Positions 1 through 11,222 of a stretch of 64,000 nucleotides of DNA are shown here, piece by piece. The stretch comes from Candidatus Multivorans sp. (GTDB taxonomy: Bacteria > Acidobacteriota > Thermoanaerobaculia > Multivoradales > Multivoraceae): assembly GCA_965247095.1 (NCBI GenBank), contig OZ251997.1, positions 3,872,001 to 3,936,000 on the forward strand. The letters are read 5' to 3'. The position numbers and the translations under genes were made by a program. The notes below the pieces were generated by a model, which worked only from the letters and a program-made list of their open reading frames with translations, made no database searches and was not told the DNA's origin. Within the stretch, counting starts at the first letter, position 1, and each line of letters begins with the position of its first letter.

Positions 1-2
1 CG

Positions 3-452
3 GAGCTCCCGGCCGCGGGGGTTGAGGAGCGTAGCGACGAGGCCCCCGCGGCCGGCGCGGCGCCCGCCGGGGCGGTTCCCGACCCGGAAGTGCTGGCGAG
101 ACCGACCAGGCGGCAGTTCACGGCGGAGTACCGGCTGCGGATTCTGGAGGAAGCGGACCGATGCACCCACCGCGGCGAGGTGGGTCGGCTGCTGCGGCGA
201 GAGGGTCTGTACAGCTCCCATCTGGCCAACTGGCGCAAGGCGCGGCGCGAGGGCGCGCTTTCCGGTCTGAGGCCGAAGAAGCGGGGCCGCAAGCCGAACG
301 AGGCCAACCCTCTGAGGCCGAAGGTGAAGCGGCTGGAAGCGAAGGTCAAGCGTCTCGAGAGGGAAGTCGCCGCCGCGCACACGATCCTGGACGTCCAGGG
401 AAAAGTTGCAGGGCTGCTGGGATTCAGCCTCGAAGACGGGAAGGACTGCTGA
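3..452 (+). CDS. IS3-family transposase OrfA (HTH), 5'-truncated by window
   Basis: Frame open from base 3; RRQFTAEYRLRILEEAD...LLRREGLYSSHLANWR is typical of OrfA; slippery G GGA AAA at 398-404. Confidence 0.85.
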   Translation, partial: ELPAAGVEERSDEAPAAGAAPAGAVPDPEVLARPTRRQFTAEYRLRILEEADRCTHRGEVGRLLRREGLYSSHLANWRKARREGALSGLRPKKRGRKPNEANPLRPKVKRLEAKVKRLEREVAAAHTILDVQGKVAGLLGFSLEDGKDC

Positions 453-1450
453 TGGCGGCAAGGTCCCTGGCCCGGCAGGTCGGCGTCGCGCCGGCGTGCC
501 GGGCGCTGGGCGTATCGCGATCGACCTTCTATCGTCGTGCGAGGCCCGCTCCCGGGCGACGGCAGCCCCGCCCCACGCCTGCCCGGGCACTGAGCCAGAT
601 CGAGCGGAAACGGGTCGAGGCCACGCTTGCGTCGCCGCGTTTCGTCGATCGTTCGCCGGGAGAAGTGGTGGCCACCCTGCTCGACGAGGGCCGCTACCTG
701 TGCTCGGAGCGCACGATGTACCGCATCCTCGAAGCGAACCACCCCGTGAGGGACCGCCGCAACCAGCGCGTCCATCCGTCGTACGCCAAGCCGGAGCTGG
801 TCGCTGTCGCGCCCAACCAGGTCTGGTCGTGGGACATCACCAGGCTGCTCGGACCGCAGACCTGGACCTACTACTACCTCTACGTCCTGCTTGACCTCCT
901 AAGCCGCTACGCGGTCGGCTGGATGGTCGCCGACCGCGAGAACTCCGCGCTCGCCCAAAGGCTCATCGAGGAGACCTGCCTCAAGCACGGCGTCAAGCCC
1001 CATGTCCTGACCCTGCATTCCGATCGAGGCGCCCCCATGACCAGCCAGGGTACCGCCCAACTGCTCGCCCGCCTCGGCGTGAACCGGTCCCTGGGCCGCC
1101 CGCGGGTCAGCGACGACAACCCCTACTCCGAAGCACAGTTCAAGACCCTCAAGTACCACCCCGACTTCCCCAGCCGCTTCCCCAACCAGGACGCCGCGAC
1201 CGACTACTGCAGGTCCTTCTTCCCCTGGTACAACACCGAACACCGCCATGCCGGCATCGCCATGCTGACCCCCGAGACCGTCCACTACGGCCGGGCGCAA
1301 GCCGTGATCGAGCAGCGCCAACGCACGCTGAGCGCCGCCTGGGAAAGCTCCCCCGAACGATTCGTCGGCGGCCAACCGATGCATACGCCACTGCCCCAGG
1401 CCGTCTGGATCAACAAGCCCGACAACGAGACTGCAGAGACGACTCAGTAA
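452..1450 (+). CDS. IS3-family transposase OrfB (rve/DDE)
   Basis: PNQVWSWDIT, LHSDRG, SDDNPYSEAQFKTLK DDE motifs; ATG overlaps the OrfA TGA. Confidence 0.92.
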   Translation: MAARSLARQVGVAPACRALGVSRSTFYRRARPAPGRRQPRPTPARALSQIERKRVEATLASPRFVDRSPGEVVATLLDEGRYLCSERTMYRILEANHPVRDRRNQRVHPSYAKPELVAVAPNQVWSWDITRLLGPQTWTYYYLYVLLDLLSRYAVGWMVADRENSALAQRLIEETCLKHGVKPHVLTLHSDRGAPMTSQGTAQLLARLGVNRSLGRPRVSDDNPYSEAQFKTLKYHPDFPSRFPNQDAATDYCRSFFPWYNTEHRHAGIAMLTPETVHYGRAQAVIEQRQRTLSAAWESSPERFVGGQPMHTPLPQAVWINKPDNETAETTQ

Positions 1451-1490
1451 ATCCAGAACCCCGCTGTGTCAATGTCGTTGACAGGTTCCG

Positions 1491-1831
1491 AGTCGGCGGC
1501 GGAAGCGAACAAGATATTGTTGAGAATCGTCGGAGCCTCTATCGAAGATTGGCCGGCGGGCGTTTGGGACAAGCATGCGTGTTTGGACGGAAACTTGGAG
1601 AAGACGCTGCGTCGGGAGATTGGGGAGGACGCCTTGTGGGAGTTGGTGGAGGAGTGTTGTGAGCTGTTCGGAATGAAGCGACGTGAAGCAGCGAAGAACG
1701 CGGTGGTGTTAAAGACCCTCATTGAGAAAGCGAACTTGCGTGCGTGTCGTAGCGCTACGCTTGCGGCTATTGTGGAAAGATTGGTGGCGTTGAAGGAGTC
1801 TGTGAAGAGGGGACGCGATGGTGCAGACTGA
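1491..1831 (+). pseudogene. 3' remnant of a gene cut by the IS, resembling the C-terminus of an OLD-family ATP-dependent endonuclease
   Basis: Lower-GC frame starting at the IS end; EANKILLRIVG..EDWP..HACLDGNLEKTLRREIG..KNAVVL resembles OLD/TOPRIM nuclease C-termini as recalled, not searched. Confidence 0.5.
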
Positions 1832-1882
1832 GGCGGCCGTCGGCCGTGGGCATTCGAACCGGTTCTCTGGAGGACTCACTCT

Positions 1883-2203
1883 ATGCCTGGAAAGTCAGAC
1901 TCGAAACGAACCATCGTCGACGCGATCAGAGCGCGAAGGGTTCTACTCGTTGGCTACTATCGGCCACGCGGCTATCGACGCGTAGAACCGCATGCCTGCG
2001 GAGTCAGCAAGCGTGGCAATGACGTCGTGCGGGTGTACCAGGTCAGTGGGCCGAGCCGGTCCGGTGAGAGAGTTGACTTCTGGAAAATGATGAGGCTCGA
2101 CCGCATCCACGACATCCAGGTTCTCGACGAAACGCTGGCCGAAGCACGCGCAGGTTACGAGCGGGGAGATGCTGACATGAAGTGGATTTACGAGGAGCTA
2201 TGA
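1883..2203 (+). CDS. Stand-alone WYL-domain protein
   Basis: DAIRARRVLLVGY..YRRVEPHACG..WKMMRLDRIHDIQVL pattern; GGAGGA RBS at 1869-1874. Confidence 0.75.
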   Translation: MPGKSDSKRTIVDAIRARRVLLVGYYRPRGYRRVEPHACGVSKRGNDVVRVYQVSGPSRSGERVDFWKMMRLDRIHDIQVLDETLAEARAGYERGDADMKWIYEEL

Positions 2204-2402
2204 GTCAGCAATTCCTCTGCAGGTGAAACCGTCTGCAACGGCGTGTTTTGCCCATGAGCCTCTCCGCCAACGGACAACCGGTCCACGAGGACGCGGCGTC
2301 CGAGGTCACAGGGCCTGTGTTCCTAGGCTGGGCGGTGAGATCTGTGGAGTCTCGGTACTCAGCCCTTCACCTACGATAGCGCCCTTGGGCTTTGCGCCTC
2401 CC

Positions 2403-2822
2403 TCACAGCGTGTTCGGCAGGTGCGCGGTTTCCAGGCGTGCCTCCACCCGGCGGACTACGACGTCCGCGAGTTGGACTGCCTCGGACTGTTCCTCGTCGG
2501 TGATTCGCTCCGCGATCCCGGGATAGCGAACCGTTGCAGCGTAGGGCGTGAGCTTCCTGGCTTGCTGGACCGTGGCCGGTATCGTTTCGCCGGCTTCAGC
2601 GAGCAGGGATAGCAGTGCACCCAGGTCGTGAACGTAGGGAAACTCGATCCCCCGGTGGATCACCAGCGCCTTGGTCGCCTTCTCGGCGGCTTACTGGGCT
2701 TCGAAGCAGAGATCTTCAAGGTACACGCCTTCGACGCGGCTCCTTGCCAAGCGGAGATTGCTCTTCGCTCGGTTCAACCACTCCCGCGGGTCGTCGGCCG
2801 CGAGCCGTTCAGGCGGCTTCAT
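2403..2822 (-). pseudogene. HEPN-domain protein with in-frame TAA at 2691-2693
   Basis: EWLNRAKSNL..LCFEAQ*AAEKATKA..HDLGALL..RYPG; the two ORF-track pieces are in the same frame. Confidence 0.85.
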
Positions 2823-3123
2823 AGACGACTGTGCCCTCGCGCAACGCGGGTTTGATGACCAACGCGTGGCTGTCCCTGTATTGCTCAACGTCGTCGGGCG
2901 TCACCACGACCGCGTCCACCGCCACAGTGATGCCCTTGAGATTCATGTAGATGGCGGCAACCAGCTCGCGCCGGTTCGCCCCCTCCTTGATTACAAGTAG
3001 GTCGACATCACTGAGGGGACCCATGTCGCCTCGCGAGGCCGACCCGAAGAGGATGATCCGCTCCGGCTGGGCGACTTCCACGATCCGGCCCACGATGTCG
3101 TCGAGTGTCTTCTGGTCAAGCAT
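2809..3123 (-). CDS. Minimal nucleotidyltransferase (MNT), partner of HEPN
   Basis: ILFGSASRGD..SDVDLLV (GSx10DxD) motif, 104 aa, overlaps HEPN start. Confidence 0.9.
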   Translation of the reverse strand: MLDQKTLDDIVGRIVEVAQPERIILFGSASRGDMGPLSDVDLLVIKEGANRRELVAAIYMNLKGITVAVDAVVVTPDDVEQYRDSHALVIKPALREGTVVYEAA

Positions 3124-3175
3124 CTGAAGTTCCTGATTCTAGGAGGTAGGCCGAAACCCACGCTCTACGGCCGCT

Positions 3176-5083
3176 CTACCCCCGAGGCCGCAGCACCCGC
3201 CGCCGGTCTCCCTCCCGCCGCGTCAGACGCTGGCGATCCAGGTGCTCCAGCAACGGGATCGCCCATTTGCGGGTGAGGCCGAAGCGGTCCTTGAACTCCG
3301 ACACGGTAAAGGTCTCCCAGCCGGTGGCAAGCAGGTCGGCCTGGAACTTCTCCAAGGCCCCGGTAGCCAGGACAAGGCCGTTCGGCAGCCGGGTCAGCTT
3401 GCCGCGCTCGACGAGGTAGCGGAACACGCCGTCGAAGACCTGGGGTTTCGCGCCGAGGCTGCGGCTGAGTTCCTCAGGCGAGCCCGGGGTGAGTCCCTGG
3501 TTCTCGAATCCCTGGACGATGCCCTGCGCGAGCCTGGATTCGACCTCGGTCAGTTCGCCGGCGCGGCCGGGCAGGGTGACGAGTTCACCTTCGACGGCTA
3601 CCGCCTTGTCCGAACCGCCCTGACCAGCCCAGTTGAGGTAGGCGGGGGCGAGGTCGGCCGCGTGAGCGCCGAGTAGCCGCCGTACGAGTTCGGCCTTGGG
3701 CATGCCCCGGGACAGGCGGTCGGCGGCGAAGTGTGCCTCAACCAGCCGGCGGGCGCGGCGCGACACGTTGCGGACGGTGGCCGCGCCGACGAACCGCTCG
3801 GGTCCCGCCTCGAGCAGCAGGCCTTCCTGGGCGGCGCCGGTCAGCACACTCGCGGCATCGCCGCGGACGACCCCCAGCCGCAGTGCGAGTTCGGAGGTTG
3901 CAAGGCCGGCCTCCCGGCCGTCCGCCGCCCACTGCACGGCCGCCTCGCTCGTGCCCGCGGTGAGGGCGTCGATCGTCGTTCCGAGAGCCTTGCCGCGGCG
4001 GTGGCGCCAGGCCGGGTCCAGGACCTCGCCGCCGCCGAGGGTGGTTTGGGGCGACGGCCGCCGGATCACGAAGCGGTCTCCGCGAATTGCCACCAGCGGC
4101 GCCTCCAGGCGGATCTCCGCCACGGCCTCTCCGCCCGGTTCCAGTCGTTCCGGTGACAGCGGTCGGAGTTTGCCGAGCCGCTGCGCGGCCATGACGTGCA
4201 GCCGGACGGAGCAGCTTCCCTGGATCGCCTCGGGCGCCGACGGCAGGAGCCGGCAGCGGACGAGCAGCGAGGACGCGGCCCGGTAGACGCCGGGTGCGCC
4301 CAGTTCGTGGCCTCGGGCGACGTCTTCGAGGCCGACGCCGACCAATTGCAACGAAGTGCGTTCGCCGGCCTCCGCCCGCTGGCGGTCTTCGCCGTGGACT
4401 TCGATGCTGCGCACCCGGGCGCGGCCGCCGCCGGGCAGGATGTCCAACTCGTCGCCGGTCGTGACGGTTCCCCTGGCCAGGGTGCCGGTCACCAGGACTC
4501 CGAGCCCCTTCAGGTGGAAGGCGCGGTCGATCGGCAGGCGGGCGGGTAGCCCGCTGTGGCGGTCGATCGGCGCCGCCTCGCCGGCGAGCCGGACCAGGGT
4601 CTCGCGGAGTTGCTCCAGGCCCGTTCCAGTCTCGGACGAGACGGGCAGGATGGGCGCTTCGGCGAACGGGGTGTCGGCGAGCGTTTCCTCAAGTTCCAAG
4701 TGCGCCAGCTCCAGCAGATCGGGAGGCACCAGGTCCGTCTTCGAGAGCACCGCGACACCGGCCGGAATCTGGAGCAGCGAGCAGATCGCGAGGTGTTCCA
4801 GGGTCTGGGGCATGACCCCTTCGTCGGCCGCCACGACCAGGGCCATCATCTGGATTCCACCCAGTCCCGCGAGTGCGTTGCGCACGAACCGCTCGTGTCC
4901 CGGCACATCGACGAAGCCGATCTGCCAGCCGTTCTCGATCATCGACGCGAAGCCGAGATCGATGGTGATGCCGCGCCGTTTCTCTTCCTCCCAGCGGTCG
5001 CAGTCGACCCCGGTCAGGGCGTGGACGAGGCGGGTCTTGCCGTGGTCGACGTGGCCGGCGGTGCCGACGACGAATCGCTTCAC
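3176..5083 (-). CDS. selB: Selenocysteine-specific elongation factor
   Basis: GTAGHVDHGKT, EEKRRGITIDLGF, C-terminal winged helix GLTRKWAIPLLEHLD; GTG start at 5083 inferred. Confidence 0.96.
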   Translation of the reverse strand: MKRFVVGTAGHVDHGKTRLVHALTGVDCDRWEEEKRRGITIDLGFASMIENGWQIGFVDVPGHERFVRNALAGLGGIQMMALVVAADEGVMPQTLEHLAICSLLQIPAGVAVLSKTDLVPPDLLELAHLELEETLADTPFAEAPILPVSSETGTGLEQLRETLVRLAGEAAPIDRHSGLPARLPIDRAFHLKGLGVLVTGTLARGTVTTGDELDILPGGGRARVRSIEVHGEDRQRAEAGERTSLQLVGVGLEDVARGHELGAPGVYRAASSLLVRCRLLPSAPEAIQGSCSVRLHVMAAQRLGKLRPLSPERLEPGGEAVAEIRLEAPLVAIRGDRFVIRRPSPQTTLGGGEVLDPAWRHRRGKALGTTIDALTAGTSEAAVQWAADGREAGLATSELALRLGVVRGDAASVLTGAAQEGLLLEAGPERFVGAATVRNVSRRARRLVEAHFAADRLSRGMPKAELVRRLLGAHAADLAPAYLNWAGQGGSDKAVAVEGELVTLPGRAGELTEVESRLAQGIVQGFENQGLTPGSPEELSRSLGAKPQVFDGVFRYLVERGKLTRLPNGLVLATGALEKFQADLLATGWETFTVSEFKDRFGLTRKWAIPLLEHLDRQRLTRREGDRRRVLRPRG

Positions 5084-5093
5084 AGTGTTCGCT

Positions 5094-6461
<1,368 letters not shown>

Positions 6462-6471
6462 GGTGTTCCGT

Positions 6472-8721
6472 TCAGGCTGGGTGGGTACTGCTGTCCTGCG
6501 GCAGTTCGATCGCGAAGGTCGTGCCGCGTGGTTGGTTGTCCTCGACCCGAATCGAGCCGTTGTGGTCGTTGACGATGCGCTGGACGATAGCGAGACCGAG
6601 CCCCGAGCCGCGTCCCTTGGTCGAGAAGTAGGGCAGGAACAGCTTCTCGCGCGCCGCCTTCGGAACGCCGCTGCCGGTGTCGCTGACGGAGAGGTCGAAG
6701 ACGCCGTTGCTGCGGCCGGCGCGGACCGTGACCAGTCCGGGCGGGGTGGTGGCGGCGATGGCATTGTCGAGCAGGTTGACGAGGGCGGAACGCATCTGGT
6801 CGGCGTCGAGTTTGGCGTGCAGGCCGTCTGCCCCGGCCTCGATATGGGCCTCGACTTCGACCCCCGGCTTCAGTTCCCGGTAGAGATCGACGGTCTCGCC
6901 GATCAGACGTTCGACATCGACGTCGCGGGGCTGGGGCCGGCGCATGCGGGCGTAGCGCGCGAACTCGTCGACCAGGTTCAGCATGTTGCCGACCTCGCGC
7001 ACGATGATGGACGACCCTTCCTCGATCGCGGCCTCCAGGCTCTTGTCGTTCTTCTTGGCCTTGCGCAGCATGCGTTCCGCGGCGAGCTTGATCGGCGTCA
7101 ACGGGTTCTTGATTTCGTGCGCGATGCGCCGCGCCGCCTCGGTCCAGGTGGCGGCCTTCTGGGCGTCGAGCAGGGCGGTCAGATCCTCGATCACGATGAC
7201 GTGGCCGAGCAGTTCGAAGCCGCCTCTGCCGCTCGGGGCGCGCATCGGACTGGTCTTCACCTCCAGCGTCTTCCAGTCGTCCTTGCCGCCCAGGCTGACT
7301 TCCCGACGTGCCGGCGCGGCTTGCGAGCGGCGCGGGCCAGCGGCGTCGGGCAGGTCGGCGAACACAACTTCGATTCCGCGGTCGGGCAGCAGCTCGCTCA
7401 GGGCTTCCGGGGGAGCGCCGGCAAGCGGGATGTCGGCGGGCAGGCCCAACATTTCGAGGGCGGCGCGATTGCAGGTCAGGATCCTTCCGTCGCGATCGAG
7501 CGACAACACGCCGGCGGGACCGCTCTCGAGCACCGCCTCGATCCGCGCGCGCTCGGCGTCCAGACGGCGATTCGTGGCGACCAGGTCGCGGTTCGAGTCC
7601 TGGAGCGCGTCCGTCATCCGGTTGAACGAGTCGACGAGCACCTGGACCTCGTCGTCGGCGGCCGCTTCGACCCGGTGTTCCAGGTCGCCGCCGGCGATGC
7701 GCCGGGTACCGTCCGCCAGCGCTTCGATCGGTCCGGTTATCCGGCCCGCGAGATAGAGGCCGACCCAGCAGGAGACGAGCAGGATGCAGAGGGTGACGGT
7801 CAGGAACAGCAGCCAGTACGCGGCCTGGATCTCGTCGCGCTGGGCGTGCAATTGCCGGCGCGACTGGTAGGCGCCGATCAGGGTCTCCGTGTTGCCGGCG
7901 AGTTCGGCATCGAGCAGCCTGCCGGCCACTGCCACGGTGGCCTCGGCGCCGCCGTTCGTGGCCGCCGCCGCGAAGATCAGGCGCTCTTCCTTGCCGGAAA
8001 CCTCGCCTATGGCGCGCGCGGCGCCGGTGCGAATCGCTTCCAGCAGCATGCCGCGCGTCGGTTCGGGCACTTCGGACAGAGTCTGGGAGTTGACCCTCGC
8101 GTAGAGAAAGGTCGTGTCCCGGTACACGGCCAGGTAGTCCAGGTCGGCCAAGGGCAGCGTCTCCCCCAGGGCCCGCAGGAGGCTGCCCCGGCCGCGCGGG
8201 TCGTCGAGGTCGAGATCGGCCGTGTCGCGGAGGAAGCGCTCCGCGTCGCGCAGCAACTGGTCCTGGTGGGTGGAGGTGAGAGCCTGGGAGACCTGGTTCG
8301 CCGGTTCCAGCAGGTCGTCGATATCGGTGCGGAACATGCGGTCGATCGAGCCCTGCAGGAGTTCGGTCGCGTAGGCGAACAGGACCAGTCCCGGAATCAG
8401 CGACAGGCCGATGTAGGTCAGGATCAGCTTGGTGCGGAACTTGGCGCCGAGACGCTGCCGCCGCCGCTCGATCCACAGCTTGGTCAGGTTGCGGACGAGG
8501 ACGAAGGCGACGATCAGGATCAGCACCACGTTCAGGTTGCGCAGCGCGAACAGGAGGATGCTGTTGTTGAGCAGCGTGGGATCGATCTGGCTGCCGCGCT
8601 GGAGCGCGTAGTAGCCAGCCGTTGGCACCGCGAGGGCCAGCACCAGCAGCCAGACCAGGAAGCGATTGCTCTTGATCAGTTCGCGCAGCGAGCGCGGCGG
8701 GGTGGCTTGCGTGGCGGTCAC
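6472..8721 (-). CDS. NtrY-like membrane sensor histidine kinase (HAMP, PAS, HisKA, HATPase)
   Basis: ARRIAHEIKNPLTPIKL, NLLDNA, FSTKGRGSGLGL; N-terminal TM segments. Confidence 0.92.
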   Translation of the reverse strand: MTATQATPPRSLRELIKSNRFLVWLLVLALAVPTAGYYALQRGSQIDPTLLNNSILLFALRNLNVVLILIVAFVLVRNLTKLWIERRRQRLGAKFRTKLILTYIGLSLIPGLVLFAYATELLQGSIDRMFRTDIDDLLEPANQVSQALTSTHQDQLLRDAERFLRDTADLDLDDPRGRGSLLRALGETLPLADLDYLAVYRDTTFLYARVNSQTLSEVPEPTRGMLLEAIRTGAARAIGEVSGKEERLIFAAAATNGGAEATVAVAGRLLDAELAGNTETLIGAYQSRRQLHAQRDEIQAAYWLLFLTVTLCILLVSCWVGLYLAGRITGPIEALADGTRRIAGGDLEHRVEAAADDEVQVLVDSFNRMTDALQDSNRDLVATNRRLDAERARIEAVLESGPAGVLSLDRDGRILTCNRAALEMLGLPADIPLAGAPPEALSELLPDRGIEVVFADLPDAAGPRRSQAAPARREVSLGGKDDWKTLEVKTSPMRAPSGRGGFELLGHVIVIEDLTALLDAQKAATWTEAARRIAHEIKNPLTPIKLAAERMLRKAKKNDKSLEAAIEEGSSIIVREVGNMLNLVDEFARYARMRRPQPRDVDVERLIGETVDLYRELKPGVEVEAHIEAGADGLHAKLDADQMRSALVNLLDNAIAATTPPGLVTVRAGRSNGVFDLSVSDTGSGVPKAAREKLFLPYFSTKGRGSGLGLAIVQRIVNDHNGSIRVEDNQPRGTTFAIELPQDSSTHPA

Positions 8722-8722
8722 G

Positions 8723-9337
8723 TCACTGTGCTCCCGGGCCCCGGACCTCTCGCTGGAACGAGCGGAAGGGCCTGGTCTGGGCCCAAGCCGTGTGGACCCG
8801 GTCCGGTATCAGGCCAAGACGGGTTCGCGACCGCAGTTCGGCGCGCACCCTCAGGACGAATCGTCCCGTCCCGTCGTCCTCGATCTCGATCGGCGGCAGC
8901 TTCTCAAAGACCGTCATGGCTCGCTCCAGGTCGGCGGTCGACGTCACCACCCGGCTCGCGTAGAGGTCGCCGTCGCGCTTGAAGTTGACCAGGTACTCGC
9001 GCGTGAGCGCGTTGTACATCGCCACCACCTGCAGCCGGGTCGCGCCGACTCGCTTGTCGAACCAGCGGCGACGCAGTCTCTGGACCTCGATGTCGTACGT
9101 GAAGCCGGTTGGCAGACCGCTCTCGATCCTCTCCCAGGTCCGTTCGTCCAGGGCGCGGTCGAGGCGGAAGCTGATCAGCATCCCGGCGCCGTCGCGAACG
9201 ACGGACAGAGCGGCGATGCCTGCTTTGCGGGTTCGGGCGGAACCCTCTCGTGGGGGCTGGGCCGCGAGTACGTCGGCGCCCAGGACACTCGACAGGCTGA
9301 GCGCGCAGACCAGCCGCCCCGCCCACGGGACTTTCAT
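8723..9337 (-). CDS. DUF4390-like exported protein
   Basis: Signal-like N-terminus, IESGLPTGFTYDIE, YNALTREY; usual position upstream of NtrY-like kinase. Confidence 0.75.
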   Translation of the reverse strand: MKVPWAGRLVCALSLSSVLGADVLAAQPPREGSARTRKAGIAALSVVRDGAGMLISFRLDRALDERTWERIESGLPTGFTYDIEVQRLRRRWFDKRVGATRLQVVAMYNALTREYLVNFKRDGDLYASRVVTSTADLERAMTVFEKLPPIEIEDDGTGRFVLRVRAELRSRTRLGLIPDRVHTAWAQTRPFRSFQREVRGPGAQ

Positions 9338-9392
9338 GCAGGCGATACTACCAGTCCGGCCGGCCGGAAGGCCGGCGCACCCACTGGCGGCG

Positions 9393-10397
9393 CTACTGCG
9401 GCTGACTCGCCAGGAGCTGCGCCCAGTCCGAAGGCTGCTTCGGATCGAGGGGGAGGTCCACCCGCGGCGGAAGCTCCTCGCCGACCATCCAGGTCCAGCA
9501 CTGCGGATTGGCGACCAGCTCCTTGAGCAGGTCGTAGTGGAGTTGGTGGCCGCCGCGCAGAATCTCGAAGTGGCCCCAGATCGGCGCGCCGAGCAGGGCG
9601 AAGTCGCCGACCGCGTCGAGCGCCTTGTGACGAACCGGTTCGTCCGCGAAGCGGAGGTCGGTGTTCACGGCCCCTTGCTCGTCGAACACGATGCAGTTGT
9701 CGACCGAGCCGCCGAGACCGAGTCCGGCGCGCTGCATCTGTTCGACATCCATCTGGCGGCAGAACGTTCGCGCCGGCGCCAGGTCGCGCTCGAAGCTGCG
9801 TTGGTCGACTTCCATCTGCAACCGCTGCCGCCCGACGGAACAGCCCGGGAAATCGATCGTGTAGTCGAGGCGCAGACCCGGATAGGGCGAAGCGCGCAGC
9901 CACTTGTCGCCGCGCTTGAACTCGAGCACCGAACTCATCGCCATGATCCGCCGGTCGGCGTTCTGCCGGCGAATCCCGGCCGCCTGCAGCAGCCGCAGGT
10001 AGGGCATCGCCGAACCGTCCAGAATAGGCACTTCGGGGCCGTCCAGTTCCACGACGAGGTTGTCGATGCCGAGGGCGTAGACGGCGGCGAGCAGATGCTC
10101 CACCGTGGAGACGGTGATGTCGTCGCGGCCGAGCGTCGTGGCCAGCTCGAGGGAACTGACGTCCTTGAGGTCGGCCCGGACCTCGACGTTGCCGGCATCG
10201 GTGCGGCGGAACCGGATGCCGCTTCCCGCCGGCGCCGGCAGGATCCGCAGATTCGTTTCGCTGCCGGTGTGGATGCCGACGCCCGAGATGGCGGCGGGCC
10301 GGCGGATCGTCTGCTGCCGGAAGAGCCGGTCGCGGGTGCTGTCGGAGCGGGAGGGACGGCTTCGGTCCCGGTTCGTTCCATTGGCACGTCTGCCCAT
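9393..10397 (-). CDS. lpxC: UDP-3-O-acyl-N-acetylglucosamine deacetylase
   Basis: QQTI..GVGIHTG, TVEHLLAA, EVPILDGSA, HKALDAVGD; start uncertain. Confidence 0.95.
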   Translation of the reverse strand: MGRRANGTNRDRSRPSRSDSTRDRLFRQQTIRRPAAISGVGIHTGSETNLRILPAPAGSGIRFRRTDAGNVEVRADLKDVSSLELATTLGRDDITVSTVEHLLAAVYALGIDNLVVELDGPEVPILDGSAMPYLRLLQAAGIRRQNADRRIMAMSSVLEFKRGDKWLRASPYPGLRLDYTIDFPGCSVGRQRLQMEVDQRSFERDLAPARTFCRQMDVEQMQRAGLGLGGSVDNCIVFDEQGAVNTDLRFADEPVRHKALDAVGDFALLGAPIWGHFEILRGGHQLHYDLLKELVANPQCWTWMVGEELPPRVDLPLDPKQPSDWAQLLASQPQ

Positions 10398-10411
10398 CGA
10401 CGGGTTGATTG

Positions 10412-10427
10412 AGCACGGATCGTGCCA
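10412..10427 (-). promoter_or_regulatory. Putative sigma54 -24/-12 promoter for lpxC operon
   Basis: Minus-strand TGGCACGATCCGTGCT versus consensus TGGCACG-N4-TTGCW (one mismatch). Confidence 0.6.
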
Positions 10428-10688
10428 GCCGCTGCCGCGCCGGCGCCGTCCTTTCGAGTTGCCTGTCTCCTCAAGGAGTTCTGCGGTCTTTCTACATGGA
10501 CTTGTTCCCTTTGCGGTCGAGTCTGTCGATTCGACCTGTGGCTTTTAGGCCACACATCTGTGGCGCCTCGACCGCACGGGGCGCCGCCTGCCGCAGGGGT
10601 AGACTCCGGCAAGCCTCGAGCGGCACTCGGTCCCCTGAAGGAAGTCGCGGGCGCCGGCGGCGCTCAGGATGCCGGGGGATGGACACGT

Positions 10689-11222
10689 ATGGCCAAGCGC
10701 ACCAACCGACAGCCCCCGGCCGACGGTCTGCCCCTGGCGGTGAATCGAAAGGCGAGGCGGGAGTACCGGGTGCTGGAGCGCCTCGAGGCGGGTATCGAAC
10801 TTCTGGGCACGGAGGTCAAGTCGATTCGCGGCGGCAAGATCCAGTTGCGGGAGAGCTACGTCGCCTTCCGTGACCACGAAGCCTGGCTGCTGGACGCCCA
10901 CATATCGGCTTACAGTCATGGCAACCGGGAGAACCACGAACTGGAGCGACCGCGCCGGTTGCTTCTGAACCGGCGCGAGATCGACCGTCTGTTCGGGCGC
11001 ACCCGCGACCGGGGCTTGACGGTCGTGCCGCTCTCCGTTTACCTGAAGGGGAACCGGATCAAGGTCGAGCTGGCTTTGGCCGAGGGCAGGAAGTTGTACG
11101 ACAAACGCCAGCAGGAGCGCGAGAGGACCCTCGATCGGGAGGCCGGCGAGGTGTTCCGGGGCCGCCGCCGGATGCGCACGGGCCCTTCCGAGCACGGGGC
11201 GCACGGGGCGCCCGGCCCGTGA
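10689..11222 (+). CDS. smpB: SsrA-binding protein
   Basis: [31 protein letters not shown]. Confidence 0.96.
   Translation: MAKRTNRQPPADGLPLAVNRKARREYRVLERLEAGIELLGTEVKSIRGGKIQLRESYVAFRDHEAWLLDAHISAYSHGNRENHELERPRRLLLNRREIDRLFGRTRDRGLTVVPLSVYLKGNRIKVELALAEGRKLYDKRQQERERTLDREAGEVFRGRRRMRTGPSEHGAHGAPGP

Larger units (their letters stand above)
1..1490 (+). mobile_element. IS3-family insertion sequence, left end outside window; right end approximately 1483-1490
   Basis: OrfA/OrfB pair with -1 overlap; terminal-repeat-like TGTGTCAATGTCGTTGACAGGTTCCG just after the OrfB stop, followed by an abrupt change in composition. Confidence 0.88.

Noticed and set aside
2204-2402. Short ORFs between the WYL and HEPN genes
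   Set aside because: No RBS, motif or codon bias support; probably degraded sequence
2691-2693. Selenocysteine recoding of the HEPN internal stop, given adjacent selB
   Set aside because: The codon is TAA, not TGA, and replaces a conserved Gln
10430-10688. tmRNA or riboswitch next to smpB
   Set aside because: Too short for tmRNA, no tRNA-Ala-like ends, no recognisable aptamer consensus
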